Of a stretch of 64,000 nt of DNA, positions 1 through 12,453 are shown in pieces; positions within the stretch are counted from its first letter, which is position 1, and every line of letters starts with the position of its first letter. The notes beneath the pieces were generated by a model. The model was not told the DNA's origin, did not search any database, and worked only from the letters and a program-made list of their open reading frames with translations. This stretch comes from Yuukianura sp. NJ FZ-2021 (lineage: Eukaryota): assembly GCA_046563655.1 (NCBI GenBank), contig CM102287.1, positions 10,416,001 through 10,480,000 of the forward strand, in the 5' to 3' direction. A program made the position numbers and the translations under genes.

Positions 1-3000
1 GAGAGTCAAGAGACCACTGTGGCGTCCCTACCTTGAGCAGAGCCATTTCTTCAGCTGAAACTTCATCCTCCTTTGTCTCTTTCACCTAAAATTCAAAATA
101 CAACTTATAACCAATCCAAGTCTCTCAATTTCACTCAAAATTTCAAAATTTCATATTTCATCAAAGTATTTTTGAAAGTGGAACTAACCGCTTTGGCTTT
201 CTGTTCCATCCGCTTTCTCTCTGCCCTCCTGCGTTTCCTCCTAATTGACTTTTCCTCCTCTGTCAACCCTTGTGGCTGAGCTATGGGCACTTCAAAGGGA
301 ACGACTGGCACTTTGATCCGCACAACTCGCTTCACAACTTCATCCTGAAAACAACAAACACCATCAGCACAAACAGCACTAAAAACACTTTTTCATACAT
401 CATGACCAAAATACTTCCACATCAACCAAACGATTGAAAGCATCTTGCATTTCTAGCCATGACTTGGTGTTTCCTATCCTAAAATTCCTTCCATTCCATT
501 TCTTCTCACTCAACCCATCATTCCAACTGAATAAATAATTTCAACTGACCTTGCCCTGTCCGTTGTTCAGTTGATGCGTCCTGTCTCCTAATACTGCTGC
601 ACAACTGATCACAATCGGCTCAGTCGGAATCTCCGCCGGCAAAACACGCAGCATATCCCCAATCTCCAATTCAACAACAATAAAGTTTGTTAGTTACTTC
701 CTTCAATCGTCAATTCAAAATTCAAAATCAAAAATCCTGATTAAATTATCAACTTCAAAATTTCTACTCTCCAAATTGAGTTTTCCTTACAAAGATTAAA
801 TAATTTCAAGGAAAATAGTGCTGATTGGCGTTAATTCCATCAATAATCAACATTTTTAACTATTGACGGATTTAACGCCAGGCAGTTGAATTCTGACTCA
901 AAATTAAAATATTCAAAATTCTAAACTAAAAGAAGTGGGTAATTTTGTGAATTTTGAGTATACCTGAATGACTGTTGACTGCTTTGGTTTCATTTGAGTT
1001 GTAACTGGAGGTGGGGCCATAGGAGGCCAGTAGGGTGGGATTGGCGGTGGGCCTCTGAGTCCGAACCCACGATTTGGTGGTGGTGGGGGCGGAAAGAGAA
1101 ATCCATTGGGGTGGTTGAGGTAGAGTGGTGGAGGTGGGATCGGGATCTTCCCATTCTGCATGTAGTAAGGCAGTGGAGCCACTTTCGGCACAACATCTTC
1201 AGTCAACTTGATCCCCATCTCCCGCTCCAGCCTTTCATCCAGCGACAACCGCCTTGGTGGGGAACTGAACCCACCACTTCTCTTAGATGGGCTGATTTCA
1301 TCCTGTTCCCACTCCACTTTCGGAGTTCCACCGGAAGAAGCTAAAGATGGTGACACTGGACTTGGTTTTAGCTGCTCATCCAACTCGGCATCACTGATTG
1401 TAGAATCAGCGACATTCAGTTGAAGTGGCGGAGAATGCTTGGGATTCCTCCTCACTCTTTCAACGGGACTTCTGCTGTAGTGTCTCCTGCAAGAATCAAG
1501 GTTTCTATAATAACCAATCTACAACCATCTACAACAGGTTGTCCAGTACCTCAGGGTTTCCAAAAATCCTACTTCAAATCTGCACCAATCCCATTTACAT
1601 TACATCCAAAAAATTAGAAAGGCAGAATTTTTTCTTGAAACTTTTAAAACTTCCAGGTACTGGACAACCTGGCGTAGAAAAAGTTTTGTTTTTGTTTTAC
1701 GAACCTTGTGTAAGAATGGTGACGATGATGGTAGTGACGACGGTATCGATAGTGTCTCTCCCTCTCTTCTGAATCCGACCTCCTCCGATAGTGAGAAGAA
1801 TGGTGATATCGACTGCTTCTGTAGGAGCGATATCCATCAGGGGTCCTTGACCTTGACCTTCTTCCTTCTGGGGTGCGTGACCTTGACCTCCTTCTGGATC
1901 TTTCATGACCTCTGACCTCCCTTTCCCTCGATCGAACTCTTTCAACCCTCACTTCTTCTTTAGAGTAACATTTCACTGCTTCCTTTTCACTTTGTACTTG
2001 CGGTGGCTGAGTTTTTTCACTAATTTTCTCTTCTTCTGCGTCATTCAACTGTTCAACTGCTGGAATCGCTTCATTCAACTCTTCCACTACAGGAGTCGCT
2101 TCATTCAACTCTTCAACTGCTTCAATTTCTTCAGTCTTTCCTTCCTGTGAATTGGAATCTTCTCCTTTCTCATCTTGTTTCGAAAGCAGTTGAAAAAATT
2201 CATCATCTTCCAGGGACGATATAATTTGCTGCGCTTCCGGATCCAGTTGAGCTGCTTCTCCCTCAAAAACATCTCTTTTCGTCACAAAAACATCTTCACT
2301 CTTCGACACAAAGAGATCATCTTCCTTCAAGAACAAATCTTCTGTCTTGAATCCATTGATGACTGGGGCAAAGGTCAAATCTGCATCAAAGTCCAATTCA
2401 TCTGGGTTGCAAATCTGCTTTCTCCTTCCACCGCCGTGATGATGGTGATGTTCCCTTCGTTTGTGAGAACTTCCCTCTTTCTTCTCTTTTCTCTTCTCTT
2501 TCTCTTCATTTCTCGGTGGGTCTTCGCTTCTGCCAGCACTTCCCCCCGGGGGTGGCTTCCCATCTCGATCAGCATCCGAAGAGGGAGATCTCCGCTTTCT
2601 CCCCTTCTTGCTTTTCTTCTTCGATTTCCTCTCTTCTTCTTCCTCCGACGAAGAACTGTCCTCTCCTCTGCTTTTTCTGTGCTTCTTCCCTCTTTTCCGT
2701 CGGTGGCGTTCTGGTTCCGGCTCGTCGCTGCTCGTTCTCTGTCGTTTCCGAATCTTCCGCTTCTTCTTTTCCTTTTTCTTCCTCTCTCTCACTTCTTCCA
2801 CATCCGTAGTATCTGTGTGATGCTGTTGAGGAGTGGAGTGGGGAGAGATGGTTGGTGGTGGGACTTCAAAGGGCTTCACAGGGACTGTTTTGTGCAAAAG
2901 TGGAGATGGTGGTTCGTCTTCAAGTTGTGCATATCTCTGCTTGAGCAAGGGAGAAGGAGTGGAGTCCATGGACTGGTCGTCACTCTCCTCTGAACTCTCT

Positions 3001-5244
3001 TTCTGCATCTCTTCCAAGTCGTCCTTCATGACAGGAAAAGGGCTCTTGCTCTCTTCATCTTCAGAGTAGAGATGAGAAATCACTACGCCCTTCGTCCCTT
3101 CGGATGCAACCCAAGTCTCCTCTGAGGGACAGTACCAAGGACGCCCTTCTGACTTTCTGTTTCTGTCCAAATCTGGAGATGGTTCGTCATTCGATGTTTC
3201 TTGGACAATCGTGTCCATTTCCCTTACTATTTCTGGATCTTCGTCTTCGTAGATTTGTTGTCTCGTCTTGAAGTATCCCTTGACACTGAGTCTGTTGTAT
3301 CCAAACTTGAGTTGTGGCTGTGTTTTAGTTTTGTGGATGAGATGCAGTGGGTACTCTCCCACAAGTCCTGAATTGAGTACTAGACGACAAGTAGTTGGTG
3401 GCATTTGAAGTGACTTGGACAATTTAGTTGGTTGTTCAAATGCAGATGAGGGATCGTGATCAGCTGGACTTGTACTTCTGCTTCTATCCCTACCAAAACA
3501 CAAAAACATTTTACTGCAAAACCACAAACATTTTCTACTTAACTAAATTCTTGACAAGTTAAAATTGAAATACGAGATCCACAGAAAATCAATGACATCA
3601 AAGTCACCTAAACTCTGTCGAACCTCAAATCGGCAGAACATGACAAGCTAAAATTTTAAAACTAAAGTGATCAAATGGTTAGACCTGAATTAATTATATT
3701 TTCATTAAAAATGACTTTTTTTTTAAATTGTTGTTTGTTTTTTTTTTAAATAAAAAAACTTTCTTTTCAAAAAATGAAAAACATGGTATTACAGAAACAA
3801 ATTAAGTATTTGATGAACATTCTAAAACGCCACTCATCGTAATCCTCATCGTCGTTTACGTTTATCATGAAAAAATGAAGATATCTGTCGATAATGTGAC
3901 TAAATAAATATTTTAAAAATACTTTTATAACTAATACATTAAACATATTTTAAAAGTAAGAAATGGATTTGTTGTGACTTACCTGGTGGGTTCCTGTTTG
4001 TCTCTGAGCTGGATCCAGAGCTGGTTGATGTCTCCCACGTTGTAGTCAAGCGTCTTGTACTCGTCCCAGTTCTCTGGCATCCGACTCTTACGAACTCTAA
4101 CAACATCAGGATTTCTGTCTCCTTTTGAAGATGCTGGCAGGGGGGACTTTGACCTCTTGACCCCCCTCTCCTCACTTCGACGTTTCCTCTCACGCTCACG
4201 ACGATCAACGGAATATTCATTCCTTCGCTTACTTCCTGATGGACGTCTGGAATCGTAACTCGGACTTCTGGATTTAGATAAACTCCGACGTACTTTCCTT
4301 TCTCTCTCTTTGCTTCGACTTCTCCTTGACTTTTTGCTCTTTCTCTCCCGCTCTTTGGAGCGAGATCGTGACCGAGATTTCGTCTTTTTGCTTCTCTTCT
4401 TTCCACTTTTTCTGTCTGTCGGTGATCGAGGTCTGGGCGAAGGAGAGCGAGATCTGGCTGAACTCTGGGAAGTGCTGCTGTGTCTGCGTTTGGACTTTTT
4501 GATCGTGCGGCGACTTGGTCCAGCTCTTGAAGATGAATCGACTGTGGGCTCTGACACGGCGGGAAGTGGCTTCACAATTGCAGTTTGAGGTGGAATTAGT
4601 GATTCTGCAGGAGGTGGTTGTGCCTGGGTAGTTGTAATTGTGGAAATTTCAGGAATAGATGGAACTGCAGTGGCAATGAGCTTCACTTGATGCAGTTTAT
4701 CAGCAAGGAGAGAGTTCATGGCGATCATCTTCTTCATTTGAGTCTCTTCCTCCTTGATTGTTTGAATTGCGAGAACAGGCTCTTGTTTTTGTTTCGTTCC
4801 GAGTGGTTTGAGGGGAGAGGGCTTCTTGGAGGTGGAAGATACGCTGAGAGTGGACGTGGGTGAGGCTGCTGCTTTGGCTGCAGAGAAAGCCAGCAGTCGC
4901 TTCTTCGCCTGAGCCTTGCCCAGCACTGACTTTTTTCGATCCGAGGGACTCGTGACCTCTTCTTCCTCTTCAGCCCCAAGGACATGACTTGGAGAGTAGC
5001 GAGATGAAGTGTCTGGAGCTGGGAGTGGGATTTCCGGTGGCAGTTGGATGTCCATGTCACTGTACAGCTGATCTGGAATTGGGATTTCGTGGAGACGAAC
5101 CTTGGTGTTGGATGGGCCTGGAGGGAGATGAACTAGTTCTGAGTCGGAATCGGCAGAATCAGCGGAAGAGTTGCGTCGTCGTTGGAGTGAAGGAGGCTTC
5201 GGTGGTAAGGGAGGCAGTTGAGGAGAGTTGTCGGCCTGTGGCAT
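1..5244 (-). CDS. Large multi-exon Arg/Ser- and Lys-rich, low-complexity nuclear-type protein; 3' end runs off the window
   Basis: Phase-compatible exons 5244-3983, 3489-1705, 1486-964, 663-550, 344-189 and 85-<1 join the 421, 627, 180 and 66 aa ORFs. RS dipeptide runs, poly-K/E and poly-P tracts are present. No folded domain recognised. Confidence 0.8.
821..885 (-). other. Intronic 65-nt hairpin
   Basis: tggcgttaattccatcaata and tattgacggatttaacgcca are inverted repeats (18/20). The stem extends to about 30 bp on the minus strand with three G-U pairs. Confidence 0.6.
2041..2122. repeat. Coding 30-bp minisatellite, about 3 copies (EAVEELNEATPVVEELNEAIPAVEQLNDA)
   Basis: tcattcaact.ttc.act recurs at 2041, 2071 and 2101. 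Confidence 0.8.
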
Positions 5245-7624
5245 CTCCTATAAGAGAAACGAAACAACTGCGATGTAAGGGGATCAACACAACCTAAGCC
5301 ACATCCACGTCACTGCCTTTCTCGCCACTCCTAAACTATGTCTCTCTCCTGTGCCTAGCCTCACTTTACCAATGATAAACTTTACTTATCGCAAACTACT
5401 GACAAAGTACGCTGCGCTTTTGCGTCCTAATAAAAGAGAATCGTTATGCGACTGATTTTAAGTATAAGACGTTAATTGAAATGTATTGTTGCTGCTATGC
5501 TGCTGCTTAAGTTCTTTCTGCTGTATTTGGAGTTGTCTGGAATTGCTCTCTTCAAAAGACAAGAATCGTTCATGATAATCCTCCTCCTACACCTTCTGAA
5601 TCTGATTGCTAAAACGTGAGATGTGCAACAATTAACTAAGATTGTTCTGGACTAAATTCAAGATAGTAACTACTTCTAGTATGAAATGGAAGAACGAAAT
5701 GTACTTACCGAGAAGAGTTCCTTGTCTACAGTTATATTCTAAGACGTATGAACGTAGTTACCGAATCCAGACGTTGAGCCAACGTAGAAAGTGAAACGTC
5801 GACTGCACATTGACTTCAATTGTAGAATACCACCGACGGAGACGGATGATGGAGTGAGGACGGACGACCTGGCTGTTGACACTGAGAGTGGTAGTGGTAG
5901 AATTTGGATGTACAGCTGATGATAAGTTGAACTCAATTAACCGTTAATTAAAGTAGTTGATTAGTCGGAAGAGACGGCGAATAGACCACTCTCCGTCTCC
6001 GACTGAACAATGAATTCCGATCCGTAATCCGATCCAGACAACACAGAGTGAAGGAACATGGCTGAACACTGGCTATGGCTATTCAGTACAATTGGATGGC
6101 AATTGCAATTGCCATTCACCTGCCAACTCCAATCCGAAATTACCTAACTTAAAAACAGACGAAAGAGAACAATTAGAATACACGCAAGTTAGAGTACTTA
6201 AGACGGAGACTAAGTTTTATATGTCTTTTACCTTCTACAACGTCAATTGGTTCAATTAATTCGCACGCTTAAGTAAATTGACCACTCCTGACGACTGGTC
6301 AACGCGCACAAATAATTGAGTCGCTTTGTCACTTTTTGAGTATTTTGTAATTACAATTCCAATTCCACGTACAAGTGCAATTCCAAATGCCAATAAATCA
6401 AATATTTTGCAAACCAAATAAAAATTTTGTCGCACAAGTAGCTCCTTACTCATCACTTGTCACCCGATACAGATATTGGCACTCGAATTACTATCCATTA
6501 TAATACTATAACAATTTGAAATATATTGTATATATATTGCAATATAATATAAATACTATATTGTAATATAATTTTAACATTATAATATGAAAAATTTTAC
6601 TATGAACGAGACCTTGTTAAGTCCCCCTAACAATTATAAATTTAACTGTGAACGAGACCTTGCTAAGTCCCCTGACTGAAAAATTTTACTGTGAACGAGA
6701 CCTTGCTAAGTCCCCTGACCATGAAAAATTTGGCCGATACATCAGCTAAAATTTTAGAATTCAGTGTGATTTAACACCAGACACATCAGCTAAAATTTTG
6801 GAATTCATTGTAGCAAAGCTAGGTTAGGAATATATAAAATTTCTTGATGAAATCCCACGAATATCCTTCAATATGCTATAATACCCTTGAATATCCTATC
6901 CTAAGGAGGATTGGCTAAGTCTCCTGACTAGGAAAAATTGTATTGTGAACGAAACCTAGATAAGTCCCCTGAGTTATGAAAAATTTTACTGTGAACGAAA
7001 CCTTGCTAAGGCCCATGGGTATGAAAAATTTCTAACGTGAACGAAACCTTGCTAAGTCCCCAATGAAAAATTTTACCGTGAACATGAGCTTGCTTTGCCC
7101 CCTCACTATAAAAAATTTTACTGTGAACATGAGCTTGTTAAGTCCCCTGACCATCAAAATCTAGAACTTGTGCAAACTAACCAACCAAGAACTAACCAAC
7201 GTTTGAAAAGTAATTTAAAATTTTAAAAAAAAAGGTGTTCGTAGAGAAAAGTTGTTTTTAAAAAAACTTTTTAAATCCCCCACTAAAAATTCAAAAAACA
7301 ACATTTGAAAAGTAATTTAAAATTTAAAAAAAAAGTTTTTCTACGAAAAAGTTGTTTTTCAAAAAACTTTTGAAATCCCACACTAAAAATCCAAAAAACG
7401 TTTGAAAAGTAATTTAAAATTAATTGAATATGCTATAATACCCTTGAATACCCTATCCTAATGAGGAATGGCTAAGTCCCTTAACTATGAAAAATTGTAC
7501 TGTGAACGAAACCTTGATAAGTCCCCTGAGTATGAAAAATTTCACTGTGAACGAAACCTTGCTAAGTCCCCTATGAAAAATTTTACAGTGAACATGAGCT
7601 TGCTAAGTCGCCTGACCATGAACG

Positions 7625-8557
7625 CTTAGAACTAAGAATGTAATATTTAAAAAGATAAAAAGATGCAAGGGAATCGAAGCTTAGAACTAAAAATTTAATA
7701 TTGAAAAAGATAGAAAGATGCAAAGGATTTGAAGCTTAGAACTAAAAATTTAATGATTAAAAAGATAGAAAGATGCAAAGGATTCGAAGCTTAGCACTAA
7801 AAATTTAATGATTAAAAAGATAGAAAGATGCAAAGGATTCGAAGCTTAGAACTAAAAATTTAATGATTAAAAAGATAGAAAAATGCAAAGGATTCGAAGC
7901 TTAGAACTAAAAATTTAATGATTAAAAAGATAGAAAGATGCAAAGGATTCGAAGCTTAGAACTAAAAATTTAATGATTAAAAAGATAGAAAGATGCAAAG
8001 GATTCGAAGCTTAGAACTAAAAATTTAATGATTAAAAAGATAGAAAGATGCAAAGGATTCGAAGCTTAGAACTAAAAATTTAATGGTTAAAAAGATAGAA
8101 AGATGCAAAGGATTCGAAGCTTAGCACTAAAAATTTAATGATTAAAAAGATAGAAAGATGCAAAGGATTCGAAGCTTAGAACTAAAAATTTAATGATTAA
8201 AAAGATAGAAAGATGCAAAGGATTCGAAGCTTAGAACTAAAAATTTAATGATTAAAAAGATAGAAAGATGCAAAGGATTCGAAGCTTATAACTAAAAATT
8301 TAATGATTAAAAAGATAGAAAGATGCAAAGGATTCGAAGCTTAGCACTAAAAATTTAATGATTAAAAAGATAGAAAGATGCAAAGGATTCGAAGCTTAGA
8401 ACTAAAAATTTAATGATTAAAAAGATAGAAAGATGCAAAGGATTCGAAGCTTAGAACTAAAAAGTTAATGTTTAAAAAGATAGAAAGACGCTAAGAATTG
8501 GAAGCTTAGAACTAAAAATTGAATGTTTAAAAAAATAGAAAGATGCAAAGGATTCGA
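7625..8557. repeat. 55-bp tandem satellite, about 17 copies
   Basis: Unit aaaaatttaatgattaaaaagatagaaagatgcaaaggattcgaagcttagaact with period 55; the terminal copies are degenerate. Confidence 0.97.
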
Positions 8558-8810
8558 TGTTAAAAAAGGATGTTAAAAAATATCCTTGAATACGCTATAA
8601 TACCCTTGAATATCCTATCCTAATGAGGAATGGCTAAGACCCCTGATAATGAAAAATTCTACTATGAACGAAACCTTGATAAGTCCCCTGAGTATGAAAA
8701 ATTTACTGTGAACGAAACCTTGCCAAGTCCGCTGAGTATAAAAAATTTTACTGTGAACGAAACCTTGCTAAGTCCCCTATAAAAAATTTTACCGTGAACA
8801 TGAGCTTGCT

Positions 8811-9636
8811 AACAGAAAATAATAAACTTTTTAAAAAATTTTTCTCTGAATGCGTATTTATGCCTTAACAGAGAATAATAAACTTTTTAAAAAATTTTTC
8901 TCTGAATGCGTATTTATGCCTTAACAGAGAATAATAAACTTTTTAAAAAATTTTTCTCTGAATGCGTATTTATGCCTTAACAGAGAATAATAAACTTTTT
9001 AAAAAATTTTTCTCTGAATGCGTATTTATGCCTTAACAGAGAATAATAAACTTTTTAAAAAATTTGTCTCTGAATGCGTATTTATGCCTTAACAGAGAAT
9101 AATAAACTTTTTAAAAAATTTGTCTCTGAATGCGTATTTATGCCTTAACAGAGAATAATAAACTTTTTAAAAAATTTGTCTCTGAATGCGTATTTATGCC
9201 TTAACAGAGAATAATAAACTTTTTAAAAAATTTGTCTCTGAATGCGTATTTATGCCTTAACAGAGAATAATAAACTTTTTAAAAAATTTGTCTCTGAATG
9301 CGTATTTATGCCTTAACACAGAATAATAAACTTTTTAAAAAATTTGTCTCTGAATGCGTATTTATGCCTTAACAGAGAATAATAAACTTTTTAAAAAATT
9401 TGTCTCTGAATGCGTATTTATGCCTTAACAGAGAATAATAAACTTTTTAAAAAATTTGTCTCTGAATGCGTATTTATGCCTTAACAGAGAATAATAAACT
9501 TTTTAAAAAATTTGTCTCTGAATGCGTATTTATGCCTTAACAGAGAATAATAAACTTTTTAAAAAATTTGTCTCTGAATGCGTATTTATGCCTTAACAGA
9601 GAATAATAAACTTTTTAAAAAATTTGTCTCTGAATG
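8811..9636. repeat. 56-bp tandem satellite, about 15 copies
   Basis: Unit aacagagaataataaactttttaaaaaattt(g/t)tctctgaatgcgtatttatgcctt with period 56. Confidence 0.97.
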
Positions 9637-10341
9637 TTAAAATAATTTATTGAAAGTTATTTTTAAAAATAAATAAATATAAATAAATTTAAAAAAAAAA
9701 TTTTTAACAACTTTTTAAATCTCCCACTAAAAATTCCAAAAGCAACGTTTGTAAAGTAATTTAAAATTTTTTTAAAAGTTTCTCCAGAGAAAAGTTGTTT
9801 TTACAAAAAACTCTTTAAATCCAACACTAAAAATTCAAAAAACAACGTTTGAAAATTAATTTACAATTAAAAGAAAAGGTTTTTCTAGAGAAAAGTTGTT
9901 TAAAAGAACATTGTTTAAAGAACATCCTTGCATTAGAAATTGAACACCAGGATTTTCTACATTAGGAACAGCCCGTATTTTGCTCATTGCTAATGTGCAA
10001 AAATTCCTAACATTAATCAGCAAATAACCCCCCATATCCAACGTTAATATGATGCTCATTTATACAAATGCCGTAAAGAAAAACACACAAAATTTCGATT
10101 TAAACAACCTCGGCCCAAATCGCTCTTCCCAAAAATTGTAAAAGAGCGCTTGATTTCTTTCAATTAGAAAACTAATTCGCCATGACGAAACCTACTAATG
10201 GCGCTAAAACAAACAAAATTAATCGGCATTGCATCCGGAACTGTAAAAAGATTCTGCTATGCTGCTGACACTGTCTGATTTTGTAAAATGCGGCACTGAT
10301 TAATTTCCGGATTGAGAACAAGAGCTTTTACGTAATATAAA

Positions 10342-11822
10342 ATGACGACAAATCCCACCCTGACGGAGGTGGATCATGGAGACACTGAAATTGAGTTGCC
10401 ACCAATGTCACTCCGACAAATTCAGGCACAAGGAGGCAAAATCGCGTCCTCCAGACCAACAACCAAAAAGACTAAAACGAAACGACTCTCAGAAAAGGTA
10501 AACTATTTTTAAAAAAACGGCTTTTGTGACCTCTTGACTTGTGACCTTTGGCCACAATATAGGTCCAAGTCAATGGCGAGGACTCAGGCAAAAGTCCACA
10601 AACGTTCTTGGCTAAAACTAGAACCGAACAAGGCCAAGGTACCGAGCGAATTGACGAGCAACTCGCAGCAGCCAAGCGAATGTCGACTATGTTAGACGAA
10701 CAGCTCAAAAATCTGAGAGATGAACATGGAGAGATGAAAGACTTCATCCGAGATGTGCTTTACACTCTCAACGCTCGTGGTTACGAAAGCATAACTGACT
10801 GTCGTGGAGAACTCATTGACCTCAACAGGTCACTTTCACTGTTTCAGTGACGAACAACTTAAATACTAAAAATAAGGATTCTTGTCTTACCTTTTTGATG
10901 TTCAGATGTCGAGGTCAAACTTTCCTGGAATTGAAAGGTCGTGATGCAAGAGCCCGTCAACACTGTCCAGCCAGAAAACTGCAAGGACAAGAACATTTGT
11001 TAAAGGCAGTCATTGGATCTCAGGAGAAATTGATACGGAATCTCATCAATCAAATCAACTCTGCTCATCGCACAGAAATACTAGGAGTAATTGAAATCTT
11101 AACATTAAAAGATCAATTGAATAATTACCTTCAGTTGCAACTTGATTTTTCCAGTCGAGACTTTCCGCTACATCGTCAGCAGCTCCAACGTCGGAAAACG
11201 AAACTGAGAAGTCGGCCATTTTGGAGAAGGAAATCCTGGGATTAGTCAACACTCTGGAAGCGGCAATCGAACGACATCCTGCGATTTATTCCGGACTCAA
11301 GGAACAGCTCCTGTTGGAAGCAACACGTATGATTAATTAGACAAACTCTTGGTTACATTTTCAATTGATTCTTAATTTCTAGATGGAAAAAGCAACGGAA
11401 TCTTGTCAGCAGTGCTAGCCAGACATCAACTGACGACTCTCGGAGAACATCGTCCGCTGTCTTCTTCCTCAGCCGATGACACTCGAAATCGTTCAACCCG
11501 AATCCGTCGTAAACTGGTTCCTTACTGTGCAGATCCTAAACGACATGCAAGTCAAGAAGACTTACGCTCACTGACAACTGTGGGGAAATCCATTGGTGGG
11601 TTAACCAACAGAGACAAGAGTCACCCAAGACCCCCCACTCCAGCCATGCACTTCCCCACTTTCTGTCCAGATGAAGTGAGTGGGCCCTTGGCTCTGCGTC
11701 CAGTCCTCAGTATGAAGGGCTTCCTGGGTCCTCCGCTGTCTCCTCGACGTCCAGCCACTTCCATCAACGAGTACTCTAGCAGAAAACCAATGCGCCGTGG
11801 CATTACACAATGGGCTTTCTGA
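10342..11822 (+). CDS. Uncharacterised 5-exon protein with an N-terminal coiled-coil-like segment
   Basis: Exons 10342-10497, 10563-10828, 10906-~11086, 11155-~11327 and 11383-11822 splice GT-AG into one open frame. AATAAA follows at ~11926. Confidence 0.7.
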
Positions 11823-12146
11823 CTTAAAATTAATCACTCATACGCACACCACACACCCATTCAAATACCAAAACCCAACCGACAATTCACCAATTGTTAT
11901 GTAATCAATTACCTCTCCAATGACGAATAAACACTGGAACTGGAACTGGAATTCACGTTTCAGCACAACACAGTATCGTTCGATAGGCACTTTTGATTGA
12001 AGTAATGAGAATTAAACTAATTAACAATTAACGGACTACTTAAACGTTGTTCCTTTTCTAACCTCCTCTCGTCGACTCGTCCTCTCTCCATTTGCGCATT
12101 ACGTTTGTTGACCGTTGGTACGTTATCATGTGGAATTCAAATACGA

Positions 12147-12265
12147 ATTTGGCGCCAGATTGTGCATGGCGTCACTCTCACTCTGATTTGTGGTTTGAGA
12201 CACATTACCATCGAGTGGCGGGAACTAAAAATTATTCAAAATTTCAAAAGAAAAAGCGCCAAAAA
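12147..12265. promoter_or_regulatory. Cluster of E2F-like sites upstream of the putative DCTN6 first exon
   Basis: tttggcgcc (~12148), tggcgggaa (~12216) and gcgccaaaa (~12256) resemble the TTTSSCGC consensus. Function is inferred only. Confidence 0.35.
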
Positions 12266-12453
12266 TTTATACTGAAATTAAAAACAAATCAAAATTGAAA
12301 AGTTTATTTACAGTTGTGACAATTAGCGTTTGATTTCATCCATTTTGTAATTAGTTTGCTAATTAATCGGGATTCTAATTGCCACTACCGTTAATTTTAT
12401 CCAAGAATAACTCATTCCGCAGCAGAGGAAGAATACAAAAGTTGGATGTTCAA

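Larger units (their letters stand above)
6587..10010. repeat. Composite modular repeat block (about 44-bp, about 100-bp, 55-bp and 56-bp units), possibly a degenerate non-autonomous transposon
   Basis: The ~44-bp unit gaaaaattttactgtgaacgaaaccttgctaagtcccct occurs in clusters at ~6590-6720, 6910-7150, 7470-7620 and 8630-8810. A ~100-bp unit starting aacgtttgaaaagtaatttaaaatt occurs at ~7198, 7300, 7397, 9745 and 9844. No ORF. Confidence 0.9.

Noticed and set aside
2175..4863. Long plus-strand ORFs (e.g. 272 aa)
   Set aside because: Antisense shadows of the low-complexity minus-strand coding exons.
6590..9636. Regularly spaced short repeats resembling a CRISPR array
   Set aside because: Units are head-to-tail with no unique spacers, no cas genes are present, and the context is eukaryotic.
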